DNA from: Negativicutes bacterium
GTDB lineage: Bacteria; Bacillota; Negativicutes; UBA1444
Assembly: GCA_963665275.2 (NCBI GenBank)
Contig: CAXXIN010000018.1
Span: forward strand, 18,300 to 82,299
Direction of reading: 5' to 3'
DNA: 64,000 nucleotides
Position numbers and translations under genes: made by a program. Shown piece after piece: positions 28,702-39,263 of the stretch. A model generated the notes under the pieces. That model searched no databases and had not been told where the DNA came from. It worked only from the letters and a program-made list of their open reading frames with translations. How positions within the stretch are numbered: position 1 is the stretch's first letter; each line of letters begins with the position of its first letter.

Positions 28702-29286
28702 CTATTTGTTGACGAGTGCGTTATAGAAAAAATCTACTAATGCCTCAGTGTAGAAACCTTGTTGCTCTTTTTTCATATCAAACTGAATCGTTCGCATATA
28801 GCTGAAGGCCTGAAACAGTCTGAGCCCGATATAGGCAGTAACCTGATCGTCAACGTCTGCCCGGATTCGTCCGTGCTCTTTTCCTTCAGCAATGATTCCG
28901 GCAATGATTTTGATTAGTTGTTCAGTGATCAAAAGGTGCGATTGACATTTCATCATGGTGGAGAATAAAGCCTCGTCATTATTTAACAAGCGAGTCAAAA
29001 AGATATCTTCACTAAAGTAGGCGATAGCGGTACGTAATAATTGCATCAAACGATCCAGAGGGTCAGGTACTTCTCCCATGCGGGAAAAAATGATTTCCAG
29101 ATCTTTAAGCCCTTCACGTTCTATCAAACAGTCAAAAAGGTTCTGTTTGTCCTTAAAGTTCTCATACAGGGTTCGTTTGGACATTTTGCAGTCCCGGCTG
29201 ATTTCATCCATCGTTGTTTTTTGGTAACCAAAGCGGTCGAAACGACTCTGAGCTCGGTCCAAAATGAAGTTTTTCACATTGTCCAT
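28702..29286 (-). CDS. TetR/AcrR-family transcriptional regulator
   Basis: HTH motif TTMDEISRDCKMSKRTLYENF. ATG at 29286; the ORF-track start at 29445 is too long. Confidence 0.85.
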   Translation of the reverse strand: MDNVKNFILDRAQSRFDRFGYQKTTMDEISRDCKMSKRTLYENFKDKQNLFDCLIEREGLKDLEIIFSRMGEVPDPLDRLMQLLRTAIAYFSEDIFLTRLLNNDEALFSTMMKCQSHLLITEQLIKIIAGIIAEGKEHGRIRADVDDQVTAYIGLRLFQAFSYMRTIQFDMKKEQQGFYTEALVDFFYNALVNK

Positions 29287-29470
29287 GACCTGCTCCTTCC
29301 AAATTGTAATTACATGATTACACTCAAAAACTATTATAGTGTTTTGGTTTTCATTAGGCAATAGAATATGGAAAGTGATGGAGCGGTATAAAAAAGAACC
29401 TTGCTTCGGCCTACGGAAGCAAAGTTCTTTCAACGTTAGTGACAAAAATTAGTGTGGCCTTGGGTGTTGT

Positions 29471-29611
29471 CTATCGGTACGAAAAATAGATCCGGGCAAT
29501 CGCGTGCGCCGTGTCATTGACTTGGTCATACCTAACAGTTTGCGGAGCTTGAATGTACTCGCTGACTCGTTCCAGAAAGCCGCCGACCTTGAGATAGTGT
29601 GTGCATTTCAT
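29471..29611 (-). CDS. small hypothetical protein (46 aa)
   Basis: Strong RBS AAGGAGG lies 9 nt upstream of the ATG at 29611. Translation MKCTHYLKVGGFLERVSEYIQAPQTVRYDQVNDTAHAIARIYFSYR; no family recognised. Confidence 0.35.
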   Translation of the reverse strand: MKCTHYLKVGGFLERVSEYIQAPQTVRYDQVNDTAHAIARIYFSYR

Positions 29612-29630
29612 AATAAAAAGCCTCCTTATT

Positions 29631-29658
29631 GTTTGTATCGATATAATTTGCATACAAA
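29631..29658. promoter_or_regulatory. candidate MarR operator (inverted repeat)
   Basis: TTTGTAT-N13-ATACAAA. The 12-mer TTTGCATACAAA (29647-29658) recurs as its reverse complement TTTGTATGCAAA at 30311-30322. Confidence 0.35.
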
Positions 29659-29842
29659 CTATTTGCATAGTTGAATTATAATTGATATAATACAGTTGTC
29701 AAGAGGTACTAAAAACATCACTCTCGAAAAATTATTTCAGACGTAGCCTTTGCAGTTGCAATCTATGTAGATAATTAGATAGAATAGCTACGATAGAGAA
29801 TATAAGTTGGATAAGTAGTAATTTGTGAAAGCAGGACGAATT

Positions 29843-30268
29843 ATGTTGGAGATTTTCGATAGCGTATGTATTTTGCTGGCAAAGGCAGAACAGAAACATT
29901 TTCAGTTTACCAAGAGGATGCTTGATGAAAAAGGTCTGGGGATCACGCCGGGCCAACTGATCGTATTGTACACTTTATATAAAAAGGATGGGGTGTCCAT
30001 CACAGATTTGGGCAAACGGAGCTTTTTGGATAATTCAACTCTAACTGGATTAATCGACCGCCTCGAGCGCCTCCAATTGCTTTCCCGTGTTGATGTACCA
30101 GGGGATCGCAGGTCGTTTTCCATCTATCTGACGCCAGCGGCGCTGCTGATTCGTGATGACGTCACAGAAATTATGAATGCAGTCGCGAAAACCATGTTGT
30201 CCGGGTGTAGCGCGGCAGAAGTGAAAACTTTTCAGAAAGTACTCCATAATATCTTCAACAAATTATGA
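29843..30268 (+). CDS. MarR-family transcriptional regulator
   Basis: Winged-HTH GITPGQLIVLYTLYKKDGVSITDLGKRSFLDNSTLTGLIDRLERLQLLSRVDVPGDRR. Confidence 0.85.
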   Translation: MLEIFDSVCILLAKAEQKHFQFTKRMLDEKGLGITPGQLIVLYTLYKKDGVSITDLGKRSFLDNSTLTGLIDRLERLQLLSRVDVPGDRRSFSIYLTPAALLIRDDVTEIMNAVAKTMLSGCSAAEVKTFQKVLHNIFNKL

Positions 30269-30475
30269 CGCTGTGACAAGAGTTCCTCGTCACTTTTTTT
30301 ACAGATAAACTTTGTATGCAAAAAGACTCAATACAAAAATACAACATGCGGTATTTATGTTATCGGACCATATTCTTGGGCGAATCAATTTTGAGTTTTG
30401 CACTTGCTGCGTCCCTGAATTCTTGAAAGGGGATAAAACAGGTGGTTAACGAAATAAAAAAATGGAGGGAAAATC

Positions 30476-31615
30476 ATGGATTTTGTAATGACGACTGAAC
30501 AGGAAAGTATTCGCAAGGTGGTCCGGGACTTTGCCGAAAAATCAGTGGCGCCAACTGCTGCGGAAAGAGACGAGAAGGAATTGTTTCCTCGCGACATTTT
30601 CGATGCTATGGGTGAATTGGGATTCCTGGGGTTGCCCTATCCGGAGGAATACGGCGGAGCCGGCAGTGATTTCGTCAGTTACGCGATCGCAGTGGAAGAA
30701 ATTTCGCGCGTCTGTGGTTCAACCGGCATTGGACTGTCAGTGCACACGTCCCTCTGTTCCTGGCCAATTTTCAAATATGGCACTGAAGAACAAAAACAAA
30801 AATTTCTCCGACCACTGGCCGAAGGGACAAAACTAGGTGCGTTCGGTCTCACTGAACCCAATGCAGGAACTGATGTCGCCAATGCTGCCACGTCAGCGGT
30901 ACGAGATGGAAATGAATATGTTTTGAATGGAACCAAAGTATTCAATACTAATGGCGGCGAAGCGGAAATCGAAGTGATATTTGCTGCTACAGACAAATCC
31001 GCCGGCATGAAAGGCATGAGCGCTTTCATTGTTGAAAAGGGAACGCCGGGACTGACATTTGGCAAGAAAGAAATCAAAATGGGCATCCGTTCTTCGGTTC
31101 AACGTGAAGTGATCATGGAAAACTGTCGGATTCCGGCGGAAAATCTGTTGGGAAAAGAAGGCGAAGGATTCAAAATCGCCATGACCACGCTAGATGGTGG
31201 ACGTATCGGAGTGGCGGCTCAATCGGTTGGAATTGCACAAGGGGCACTGGATGAGGCAATCAAATATGCGAAGGCACGGGTTCAATTTGGCAAGCCGATT
31301 GCTGCCAATCAAGCCATCAGTTTCATGCTGGCAGAAATGGCGACCAAGATTGAAGCCGCAAGATTGCTGACTTATAAGGCAGCGTTTCACAAATCGCATC
31401 ATCTTCCGTATTCTAAGGAAGCGGCTATGGCCAAAATGTTTGCGTCCGATACTGCCATGCAGGTTACCACAGACGCGGTTCAAATCTTTGGCGGTTATGG
31501 CTTCAGCCGTGAATATCCGGTGGAGCGAATGATGCGGGATGCTAAAATCACCCAGATTTACGAAGGTACGAACCAGGCCCAAAGAATGGTCATTGCCGGG
31601 AATATTCTGCGGTAG
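30476..31615 (+). CDS. acyl-CoA dehydrogenase (short/butyryl-CoA type)
   Basis: 379 aa with [10 protein letters not shown], the catalytic C-terminal motif [15 protein letters not shown], and a typical N-terminus [21 protein letters not shown]. Confidence 0.9.
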   Translation: MDFVMTTEQESIRKVVRDFAEKSVAPTAAERDEKELFPRDIFDAMGELGFLGLPYPEEYGGAGSDFVSYAIAVEEISRVCGSTGIGLSVHTSLCSWPIFKYGTEEQKQKFLRPLAEGTKLGAFGLTEPNAGTDVANAATSAVRDGNEYVLNGTKVFNTNGGEAEIEVIFAATDKSAGMKGMSAFIVEKGTPGLTFGKKEIKMGIRSSVQREVIMENCRIPAENLLGKEGEGFKIAMTTLDGGRIGVAAQSVGIAQGALDEAIKYAKARVQFGKPIAANQAISFMLAEMATKIEAARLLTYKAAFHKSHHLPYSKEAAMAKMFASDTAMQVTTDAVQIFGGYGFSREYPVERMMRDAKITQIYEGTNQAQRMVIAGNILR

Positions 31616-31783
31616 GCAAATAGTTGAAGCGACCTATAGACCTGAATGCGAGGTTTTGGTAATATAAATATACTTACCAACAGCGCCTAGTGCGTGGCAA
31701 TGGAGCCGGTGGGATTAAATTCCTGCCGGCTTCGTTACGCGAGTGAACCTAATTGATTGGGTAATGGGGAAAGGACTGAACCG

Positions 31784-32650
31784 ATGAGCAAGTATCTGGG
31801 ACCGATATATCTGACGCTGGCTGCGAGTATATGGGGCGGGGTTTATGTGGTCAGCAAGGTTGTGCTGGAAGTTCTGCCAGCCTTGGAACTGGTCTGGATT
31901 CGATACTTGATTGCGCTGGTTGCATTGGCTGGGTTTGGCTGGTGGAAGGGCGAATCGTGGGACATACCGCGCAAATCACTTCCTGTGGTTGCCTTGATTG
32001 GTTTTGTCGGATATTACATTTCGATTTGGGCACAATTTGCCGGCACACATTTGTCGTCAGCCCAGATGGGATCGGTTATTACTGCGGCAACTCCAGCCTT
32101 TATGGTTATTTTCGCCCGCATTTTGCTGAACGAGCCCGTGACCTTAAAAAAAGCCATTTCACTTTGTTTGGCTACAGCTGGAGTCCTCTGTATTGTCGGA
32201 ACTGCAGATTTTGGGGATGCTTCTAGGCTAGGTGGGATCATTTTGGCTGGAGCAGCCGTTTCCTGGGCTCTGATGTCAGTGCTCGTAAAGAAAATCCCAC
32301 CCGGTACATCTTTGGTTGCAGTTACAACGTATGCGATCCTGTTGGCAACCATTGTGATAACACCCATGGCAGTTTCAGAGATGCGGACTGCACAACTTTC
32401 TATCTTCACTCAACCTATTATTCTTGGCGGCATCTTTTATATGGGGACGATATCAACGGCTGGCGCGTTCTATTTTTGGAACAAGGGGCTACAATTGATG
32501 GATGCGGGGAACGGGGGGCTGTATTTTTTCTTTCAGCCGCTGGTTGGGAGTTTGTTGGGCTGGTTGCTACTAGGTGAACAGGTCGGCTTTCCTTTTTGGA
32601 TTGGGAGCGCCTTAATTTTCAGCGGAGTGTTGCTTGTGATTCGTGAATAA
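31784..32650 (+). CDS. EamA/DMT-family transporter
   Basis: 10-TM profile with two EamA repeats. The ATG at 31784 follows GGGGAAAGGA. Confidence 0.8.
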   Translation: MSKYLGPIYLTLAASIWGGVYVVSKVVLEVLPALELVWIRYLIALVALAGFGWWKGESWDIPRKSLPVVALIGFVGYYISIWAQFAGTHLSSAQMGSVITAATPAFMVIFARILLNEPVTLKKAISLCLATAGVLCIVGTADFGDASRLGGIILAGAAVSWALMSVLVKKIPPGTSLVAVTTYAILLATIVITPMAVSEMRTAQLSIFTQPIILGGIFYMGTISTAGAFYFWNKGLQLMDAGNGGLYFFFQPLVGSLLGWLLLGEQVGFPFWIGSALIFSGVLLVIRE

Positions 32651-32701
32651 TTGCAATGAGTACAGTTGAAGGTTGTTATCAATAGTGAATGGATGTGTAG
32701 A

Positions 32702-32751
32702 ATTTGCAAAAAGAACCCGCGCCGTTAAAGGTGCGGGTTCTTTTTGCAAAT
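32702..32751. terminator. long hairpin terminator
   Basis: 19-bp stem ATTTGCAAAAAGAACCCGC/GCGGGTTCTTTTTGCAAAT. Confidence 0.7.
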
Positions 32752-32836
32752 TCGAGTGAATGAATATACTTGAATTAAAAACCGGTATGCCTTTGAGCGA
32801 AATATTAATGTAAATGAGAAATAGTTTCAAAATACA

Positions 32837-32889
32837 TTGACATAACAACTAATTTAGCTTACCATGGTTACAAATGAATAATATTATCA
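32837..32889 (+). promoter_or_regulatory. candidate feoAB promoter with Fur box
   Basis: TTGACA (32837-32842), a 17-nt spacer, then TACCAT (32860-32865). It is followed by TGAATAATATTATCA (32875-32889), which resembles the 7-1-7 Fur box TGATAATnATTATCA. Confidence 0.5.
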
Positions 32890-32916
32890 ATAACGGAAAG
32901 GGACGGAGGGTATAAA

Positions 32917-33162
32917 ATGAAGAAAACGCTGGACGCTCTGCTTGCTGGTGATACGGGGGTAATCAACCGGGTGATTGGAACCGGGCCTGTGAAAAGGCGG
33001 ATTGTGGATATGGGATTGGTGGCTGGAACTGTTGTGACGGTTCAGAAGTTCGCGCCGCTGGGTGATCCAATGGAAATTAAGGCGAAACATTTCAATCTGT
33101 CGTTACGGAAATCGGAAGCGGCAATGATCGAAGTAGAATGGACAGGGGGGACCCAATCATGA
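32917..33162 (+). CDS. feoA: ferrous iron transport protein A
   Basis: 81 aa, SH3-like FeoA sequence GDTGVINRVIGTGPVKRRIVDMGLVAGTVVTV. Confidence 0.85.
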   Translation: MKKTLDALLAGDTGVINRVIGTGPVKRRIVDMGLVAGTVVTVQKFAPLGDPMEIKAKHFNLSLRKSEAAMIEVEWTGGTQS

Positions 33163-35288
33163 CGGCAGGATGCGTAACCGTTGCGTTGGCAGGAAATCCA
33201 AACTCCGGCAAGACGACGATTTTTAATAATATAACAGGTGCGAGACAACATGTAGGAAATTATGCGGGAGTTACGGTGGAACGCAGGGAAGGATATCGGC
33301 GGTTTCAAGGCAAAGACCTGATGGTGATTGATCTGCCGGGGACCTACAGTTTGACTGCCAATTCTCTGGATGAAGTCGTAGCGCGTAATGTGATTATCGA
33401 TGAAAAACCAGATTTAATTGTCAATGTTTTGGATGCCTCCAACCTAGAACGAAATTTATATCTGGCGGTACAACTGCTGGAATTGGAGCGTCCCGTTGTG
33501 TTGGCGCTTAACATGAAGGATGTTGCGGAGCAGGCCGGCGTCAAGTTGGACGAAGCGGCATTGCAAAAGAAGTTCGGCATCCCAGTGGTAGGGTTGGTCG
33601 GAAATCGGAACCAGGGCACAGATGAACTGTTGCAGGCAGTCATTGATTTAGTGCCGAATCTATCACATAAGCCCTTCTCAATTGACTACGGACCGAAGAT
33701 TGAATCGGCCCTTACGAAGGTGATAGAAGCGCTGGAAACACTTACTGATATCAAGTACCCGAGGCGCTGGCTGGCAATCAAACTGATGGAAAAGGACAGC
33801 GATGTTCAGGACGCTTTGGCCCAAATCAAAGGTGGGTCTGCAGTCTTGGCGATCGTCGAGGCGGCGCGCACCATCTTGATGACTGATGTTGGTGAAGAAC
33901 TAGAAATTGCAATGGCTGAGAGACGATATCAATTCGTAGATGAAATTTATCGCGAATTCGTTGACTCAAAGGCACAAAGCGAACAAAGCCCTTCGGACCG
34001 AATTGACCGTATTTTGACGCACCGAATTTTTGGAATACCCTTGTTTTTTGGCATCATGTGGGTTTTATTCAATGTTGTGTTCACGGTTGGTGAGATTCCC
34101 AAAGGCTGGCTTGAAGAAGGGGTAAAATGGTTCAGTAGCACTTTGTCTGCTAATATGGCTGATGGCGAATTGCGGTCTCTATTGGTTGATGGAGTAGTCG
34201 GAGGGGTAGGAAGCGTAATAACGTTCCTGCCTAGCATTTTGCTACTGTTCTTGGGAATTTCTTTGTTGGAAGATACCGGTTATATGGCTCGCGCTGCCTT
34301 CGTAATGGATCGAGTGATGCGGGCGGTAGGGTTGCATGGAAAGTCATTCATCCCTTTACTTCTTGGCTTTGGTTGCAGCGTACCGGCGATTATGGGTACC
34401 CGGACGCTGGAAAATCGGGGCGACAGGATGGTGACGATTCTGGTGTCTCCTCTGATGAGCTGCAGCGCTCGCTTGCCTGTCTATACATTGCTGATTGCAG
34501 CCTTCTTTCCCGAAAGTATGGCCGGAAGCGTACTGTTTTCGATTTATTTTCTGGGGATTGCCTTGGCCATTGGAATGGCGCTAGTATTTCGCAAGTGGCT
34601 GTTCCCTGGAACAACGGAAGCTTTCATCATGGAGATGCCTCCCTATCATATGCCGACAATGCGCAGCATCATGATTCACATGTGGGAACGAAGTGTTCTA
34701 TATTTGAAAAAAGCCGGTACTTTGATATTGACGGCTTCCATCTTGATCTGGTTTATGACGAACTATCCTGTCAATGTGGAATACAGTAAAGACTTTGATG
34801 CGGCCAAGGAAGCAGTAACTGCGGAGTTTGATGTAATTGCTGCGGCTCCAATGCTTGCTCAATTGGATCAGGAACAAGCTTCGGAAAAACTCGCGCTTAG
34901 CTATGCCGGCCAATTTGGGCATTTTGTCGAACCGGCGATTAAGCCACTCGGATTCGATTGGAAAATGGGAGTGGGCTTGGTTTCCGCAGTAGCCGCAAAG
35001 GAGGTTTTGGTCAGTACGTTGGCGACTATTTACAGTGTGGCTGATACAGAGGGCGATTCCCAATCACTGCAAGAGGCGCTTGCGGCGGATCCAACATTCA
35101 ATCCCTTGGTGGCGGTGAGCCTGATGGTGTTTACACTTCTTTACTCACCGTGTCTGGCTGTACTGGCAGTGATTCGCAGGGAAACGAATTCGTGGAAATG
35201 GCCGGCATTCAGTTTTGCCTATTCGACGGGGTTGGCTTGGATTATGGCGTTTCTGGTTTACCAGGGAGGAACGGCACTAGGATTCTAG
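33159..35288 (+). CDS. feoB: ferrous iron transporter FeoB
   Basis: G-domain motifs GNPNSGKTTIFN, DLPGTYSL and NMKD, plus a polytopic C-terminal domain. An ATGA overlap joins it to feoA. Confidence 0.92.
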   Translation: MTAGCVTVALAGNPNSGKTTIFNNITGARQHVGNYAGVTVERREGYRRFQGKDLMVIDLPGTYSLTANSLDEVVARNVIIDEKPDLIVNVLDASNLERNLYLAVQLLELERPVVLALNMKDVAEQAGVKLDEAALQKKFGIPVVGLVGNRNQGTDELLQAVIDLVPNLSHKPFSIDYGPKIESALTKVIEALETLTDIKYPRRWLAIKLMEKDSDVQDALAQIKGGSAVLAIVEAARTILMTDVGEELEIAMAERRYQFVDEIYREFVDSKAQSEQSPSDRIDRILTHRIFGIPLFFGIMWVLFNVVFTVGEIPKGWLEEGVKWFSSTLSANMADGELRSLLVDGVVGGVGSVITFLPSILLLFLGISLLEDTGYMARAAFVMDRVMRAVGLHGKSFIPLLLGFGCSVPAIMGTRTLENRGDRMVTILVSPLMSCSARLPVYTLLIAAFFPESMAGSVLFSIYFLGIALAIGMALVFRKWLFPGTTEAFIMEMPPYHMPTMRSIMIHMWERSVLYLKKAGTLILTASILIWFMTNYPVNVEYSKDFDAAKEAVTAEFDVIAAAPMLAQLDQEQASEKLALSYAGQFGHFVEPAIKPLGFDWKMGVGLVSAVAAKEVLVSTLATIYSVADTEGDSQSLQEALAADPTFNPLVAVSLMVFTLLYSPCLAVLAVIRRETNSWKWPAFSFAYSTGLAWIMAFLVYQGGTALGF

Positions 35289-35573
35289 ATATAAAAATTG
35301 CGGGCATGGTTACGTATAATATTATTGCACAAAAGGGTTTATTGGGCATTTGTCGACGACCTGTCCATAGCGGCGATCAGGTGGAGGATTTTGGCGAAAT
35401 GATTGTAATGATTATTATGAAGACAGTGCTTAGCGGCAGGTGTTTTTGATCCGAAAATAAGGTATAATAAGCCAACAAGGCAATGAAGATTGCCATAGGT
35501 ACAGAGAAGTATCAATTGACCGTGTAAATGCGGTAATTGGTACTTTTTTGTACATAAAGCGAGGAGTGGAGCA

Positions 35574-36008
35574 ATGATGATGGCTATCACGCGCAATGAG
35601 ACTTATTTGGAACTGTATCGCAACGATTACCAGTCGGCACAGGGATACCATCGTCGAGCAGAAAAGTTTGCACAGACAGGACATCCGGCCAATTTGGTGT
35701 TCCATATCGCCACCATGGCTCTCGAACGGTATTTGGTCGCGCTGTGCGATCTATACGGCGTATCGCCGCAAAACCATAATTATGCCTGCTTGATGGAGGC
35801 TGCTGAAACAGTGGTCGACTTCCCCGACGAATTGAATCAGGAAATTCGATCATTGGATGAAATCTTTGGCATTTGTTCGCTTGAAATCAATCCTCACGGC
35901 GACCCGGAAGCTTCGGATGCGGGCAGGGTGCTGGTCCTATGCGGGGAAGTGCGGAAAATTTTGGACACGACGGGGCAATCGGTTCCAGTGGTCAAACGCC
36001 CGGCATAA
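35574..36008 (+). CDS. hypothetical all-helical protein (possibly HEPN-like)
   Basis: 144-aa ORF with RBS GAGGAGTGGAG. No confident family was recognised by eye. Confidence 0.4.
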   Translation: MMMAITRNETYLELYRNDYQSAQGYHRRAEKFAQTGHPANLVFHIATMALERYLVALCDLYGVSPQNHNYACLMEAAETVVDFPDELNQEIRSLDEIFGICSLEINPHGDPEASDAGRVLVLCGEVRKILDTTGQSVPVVKRPA

Positions 36009-36079
36009 TGAGTCGAAGGTAACACTTTTGAACGCTTGCACCGCGAACAACACGGGTGGGAAAACGGGAGGACGTTATA

Positions 36080-37786
36080 GTGAATAGTAAATCTTTGCGT
36101 ACCAAGATTCTGTTGGCATTTCTGTTAGTATGCTTGGTATTCGTTTCTGGTTCGGTGGTGATATATTACCAGGTTGGTATTGCGCGGGATGCGATGGAGG
36201 ACTCTTCAGTACGGGCTGCGGATATGGAAACAGTTATGACTCTGAAGTCCCTGATCGGGGTTATGTATGGCTATCAGGCGGATTTGATTATTAATGGCAG
36301 TATGGATTCGATTAAAGAGTATAAGGAGAAAATCGCACTTTTTAGCGGCCTCGTTGCGAAGGTGACCAAGTCGGCTGACACGGAGGAAGAGAAAAATGTC
36401 GCAGCCAAGATGGGCAAGGCGGCAACCGAGTTTTTGGCAAGTTTCGAAAAAATTTCGGGCGTATTCAATCGCCGCGGCGTGATGACGTCGGAACAATTGA
36501 CGTTGGAAATGAAGCAAGTCGACGCAGAGACCGACATCCCCAAAGAAATACTCTACAAATCACTTGATTTTATGGAGGCATCTTTGGCGAAGGAAGCCGG
36601 ACACTCGGCTATTGAGGGAAAAACCGCATTGAACAAGGTCGTTGCCGCATCCGTGACGATTCCACTTGTTGCCGCCGTATTGGCGATCGGTATCGCTTTC
36701 GTTATGGCTCGGCGCATTACGAAGCCCATCCAGGCAATGGCCGGCGTAACACGGGTTGTGGCCAATGGTGATTTAAGCGTAAGGCTGGAGGTAACTTCCC
36801 AAGACGAGATTGGTATCTTGCAAACCAATTTTGTTACGATGATCAATAATTTACGCGGCCTTGTACAAGGGTCGGCGAAAATCAGCCAACAACTTGCCGC
36901 CTCCTCCGAAGAACTGACAGCTGGCGCGCATCAGTCAGCTGATGCTTCCGGCAATATCGCCGAATCCATCGCGACGGTGGCTCGCGGCAGTCAGCAGCAG
37001 GTGGCTGCGGTTAACGAAGCTGCGGCTATCGTGCAGGAAATTGCCGCAACGATGGAGGAAGTGTCAGCTACAGCCGGCGAGATGGCCGTGATGTCCGAAC
37101 AGACAGCCAAAGCGGCGATTGCCGGAAAGGCATCCGTGGACAGGGCTGTTTCGCAGATGGGCGAAGTCAGTGTGGGGGCGAAACAGGCGCAGGTGGCTGC
37201 GGAAGAGCTCAAGGCGAGTTCGACGCAGATCGGTGAAATCGTGGGTCTGATCTCGAGCATCGCCGGACAGACGAATTTACTGGCTCTGAATGCAGCGATC
37301 GAAGCGGCGCGGGCCGGTGAACAGGGCCGCGGGTTCGCGGTCGTGGCCGAAGAGGTGCGCAAACTGGCCGAGCAGTCGGAAGCGGCGGCGCATGAAATCA
37401 AAACTCTTGTCGGCGGCAACCACACCAGTATTGGCAATGTAGTCGGCGCCATCGATGTCGCCATCGGCAAAATATCACAGGGCGTGGAGCTGGTCAATGT
37501 GGCGGGGACAAACTTCGGGGAGATCAACGGACAAATTGGTCAAATGACGGATCAAGTCCACATTATCGCGAAGGCGGTCAACGAAGCGGCTGCCGACAGT
37601 CAGCGCATCGTCAGCTCCATCAGGGGTGTCGGGAACCTGAGCCGTGATGCGGCGGCTGAATCACAGAACGTGTCGGCGGCCACCGAAGAACAATCCGCAT
37701 CCATGGAAGAAATCGCCGCTTCCAGCCAGGCGCTGGCCAAATTGGCCCAGGAACTGCAGGATGCCGTAGCCAAATTCCATATATAA
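36080..37786 (+). CDS. methyl-accepting chemotaxis protein
   Basis: TM-sensor-TM-HAMP architecture and the highly conserved signalling hairpin [38 protein letters not shown] start at 36080 follows GGGAGGA. Confidence 0.88.
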   Translation: MNSKSLRTKILLAFLLVCLVFVSGSVVIYYQVGIARDAMEDSSVRAADMETVMTLKSLIGVMYGYQADLIINGSMDSIKEYKEKIALFSGLVAKVTKSADTEEEKNVAAKMGKAATEFLASFEKISGVFNRRGVMTSEQLTLEMKQVDAETDIPKEILYKSLDFMEASLAKEAGHSAIEGKTALNKVVAASVTIPLVAAVLAIGIAFVMARRITKPIQAMAGVTRVVANGDLSVRLEVTSQDEIGILQTNFVTMINNLRGLVQGSAKISQQLAASSEELTAGAHQSADASGNIAESIATVARGSQQQVAAVNEAAAIVQEIAATMEEVSATAGEMAVMSEQTAKAAIAGKASVDRAVSQMGEVSVGAKQAQVAAEELKASSTQIGEIVGLISSIAGQTNLLALNAAIEAARAGEQGRGFAVVAEEVRKLAEQSEAAAHEIKTLVGGNHTSIGNVVGAIDVAIGKISQGVELVNVAGTNFGEINGQIGQMTDQVHIIAKAVNEAAADSQRIVSSIRGVGNLSRDAAAESQNVSAATEEQSASMEEIAASSQALAKLAQELQDAVAKFHI

Positions 37787-38018
37787 GAGATATTGCAGAA
37801 CGGCAGATATTCATAAGGGGTTTGCGGAAACGCAGATCCCTTGCTTTTGCCCAAACAACTAACTCAACATGGTTGGCAGCAATCTAGGATTTTCGTCACA
37901 GCCTTCCCGGTAGTCTCATAGGTCTTTTGGTTCATCTTCAACACATTCCGGGAGCGGCAGGGAAAACGGGGCGAAACTGTGCTATAATCAAAAATGATTA
38001 TGGGGAAAGGGGCAATCC

Positions 38019-39092
38019 ATGTTGCGGTTTCGAGTTTGGGCAGCAATGCTGCTGTTGTTGGGGCTGAGTTTTTTTGCAGTGGCAGTTTCAGCGGCGCCTG
38101 CCGATACTGATGTCAAAATCAGCGGCATTCGATGGAGCCGCACGACGGATGCGATAACCGGGTTGATCAATGTCCGTCTGATACTCGAGACCAGTGGACC
38201 GGTGGAAGTGGACCAGTTCCTTACCAAAGTTCCGAATTGGCGGCTTGTTCTTACGTTAGCCGGCGTGAAGGCTGGCAACCTTGCGGTTCCTCCTTCACCG
38301 GACGTCGCCGTTGTAACGAAAATGAGCGTGGTCAGTTCAGTAAAGAATTTTACGCATGTTATCATTGATTTCCCCGGGGAATTGAAAAATGACCAGTATA
38401 AGATCAGCACGGTTCCGGCTGATTCGAAAAATAAAAAGCCATTCCAGATTGTCATTGACATGCAGAAAACCGTGAAACCCGGTGAACTGAATTTTCTCCC
38501 CGGCCTGAAGGGCAAGGTAGTCGTAGTTGATCCGGGACATGGCGGTTCGGACCCCGGGGCTATTGGCCCGATGGGGACTCGTGAAAAATTGTTGAATTTG
38601 AATTTGGCGATGCAGGTCAAAACGGATCTGGAAAAAGCGGGCGCCAAAGTCTTGATGACGCGCGAAACCGATATTGATGTATTCGGTCCCAGGGCAACTG
38701 ACCGCGAGGAGCTGTGGGCCAGGGTGAAGGTCGCCAATTTTTGTCAGGCTGATATTTTCATCAGCATCCACCATAATGCGTCCGCCAATCGAGAGGCCAG
38801 AGGAACTTCGACATATTATTACCAGAAGACAACCCACGACGTGATATTGGCCCAGGATATCCAACGGGAGATGCTGCAGGCGGGTGGGTTGCCCAATGTC
38901 GGGGTGAAGCAGGCCAATTTCTTCGTGGTAAAAAATGCCACGATGCCGGCGGCTCTGCTGGAAGTCGGTTTCATTTCCAACCCGCAGGAAGAACAGCTTC
39001 TGGGGGATGTTTCTTTTCGGCGAAAAATGTCGCAGGCGATCGTAGTCGGGATCAATCAGTTTTTTGACCAAGTGGGAAAACTGGGGGAATAA
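38019..39092 (+). CDS. N-acetylmuramoyl-L-alanine amidase (AMIN-like N-terminus + Amidase_3)
   Basis: Signal peptide, with VVVVDPGHGGSDPGAIG and FISIHHNA motifs. Confidence 0.85.
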   Translation: MLRFRVWAAMLLLLGLSFFAVAVSAAPADTDVKISGIRWSRTTDAITGLINVRLILETSGPVEVDQFLTKVPNWRLVLTLAGVKAGNLAVPPSPDVAVVTKMSVVSSVKNFTHVIIDFPGELKNDQYKISTVPADSKNKKPFQIVIDMQKTVKPGELNFLPGLKGKVVVVDPGHGGSDPGAIGPMGTREKLLNLNLAMQVKTDLEKAGAKVLMTRETDIDVFGPRATDREELWARVKVANFCQADIFISIHHNASANREARGTSTYYYQKTTHDVILAQDIQREMLQAGGLPNVGVKQANFFVVKNATMPAALLEVGFISNPQEEQLLGDVSFRRKMSQAIVVGINQFFDQVGKLGE

Positions 39093-39130
39093 TCGTCCAC
39101 AATCCAATATCCTTAGTCAAGCAAAATCTT

Positions 39131-39155
39131 CGTGCGAATGCACGGAGGTTTTTTT
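39131..39155 (+). terminator. weak intrinsic terminator after the amidase gene
   Basis: CGTGC-GAAT-GCACG followed by GAGGTTTTTTT. Confidence 0.4.
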
Positions 39156-39263
39156 GACACAATTTTTACGTTGCGACAACAATCTTTGACGATTTTTTTA
39201 CTATTGCAGGTGCTAGTATCATGATGGATCAGGAATCGATTTGAATATGCGGAGGCGAAGCAC

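Noticed and set aside
35289-35573. Small ORFs after feoB (for example MVTYNIIAQKGLLGICRR..., 47 aa, and minus-strand ORFs 35339-35705) considered as FeoC or a FeoB-associated Cys-rich peptide
   Set aside because: They show no resemblance to FeoC (winged helix) or to the Cys-rich FeoB-associated membrane peptide. They have weak or no RBS, and the region contains several TATAAT-like promoter elements instead.
39093-39263. Searched for a c-di-AMP (ydaO/kimA) riboswitch upstream of the KimA-like gene and upstream of kdp (41163-41321)
   Set aside because: The conserved ydaO-motif segments and pseudo-twofold architecture are not visible, and both regions are too short and AT-rich. This is reported as an absence, pending a covariance-model scan.
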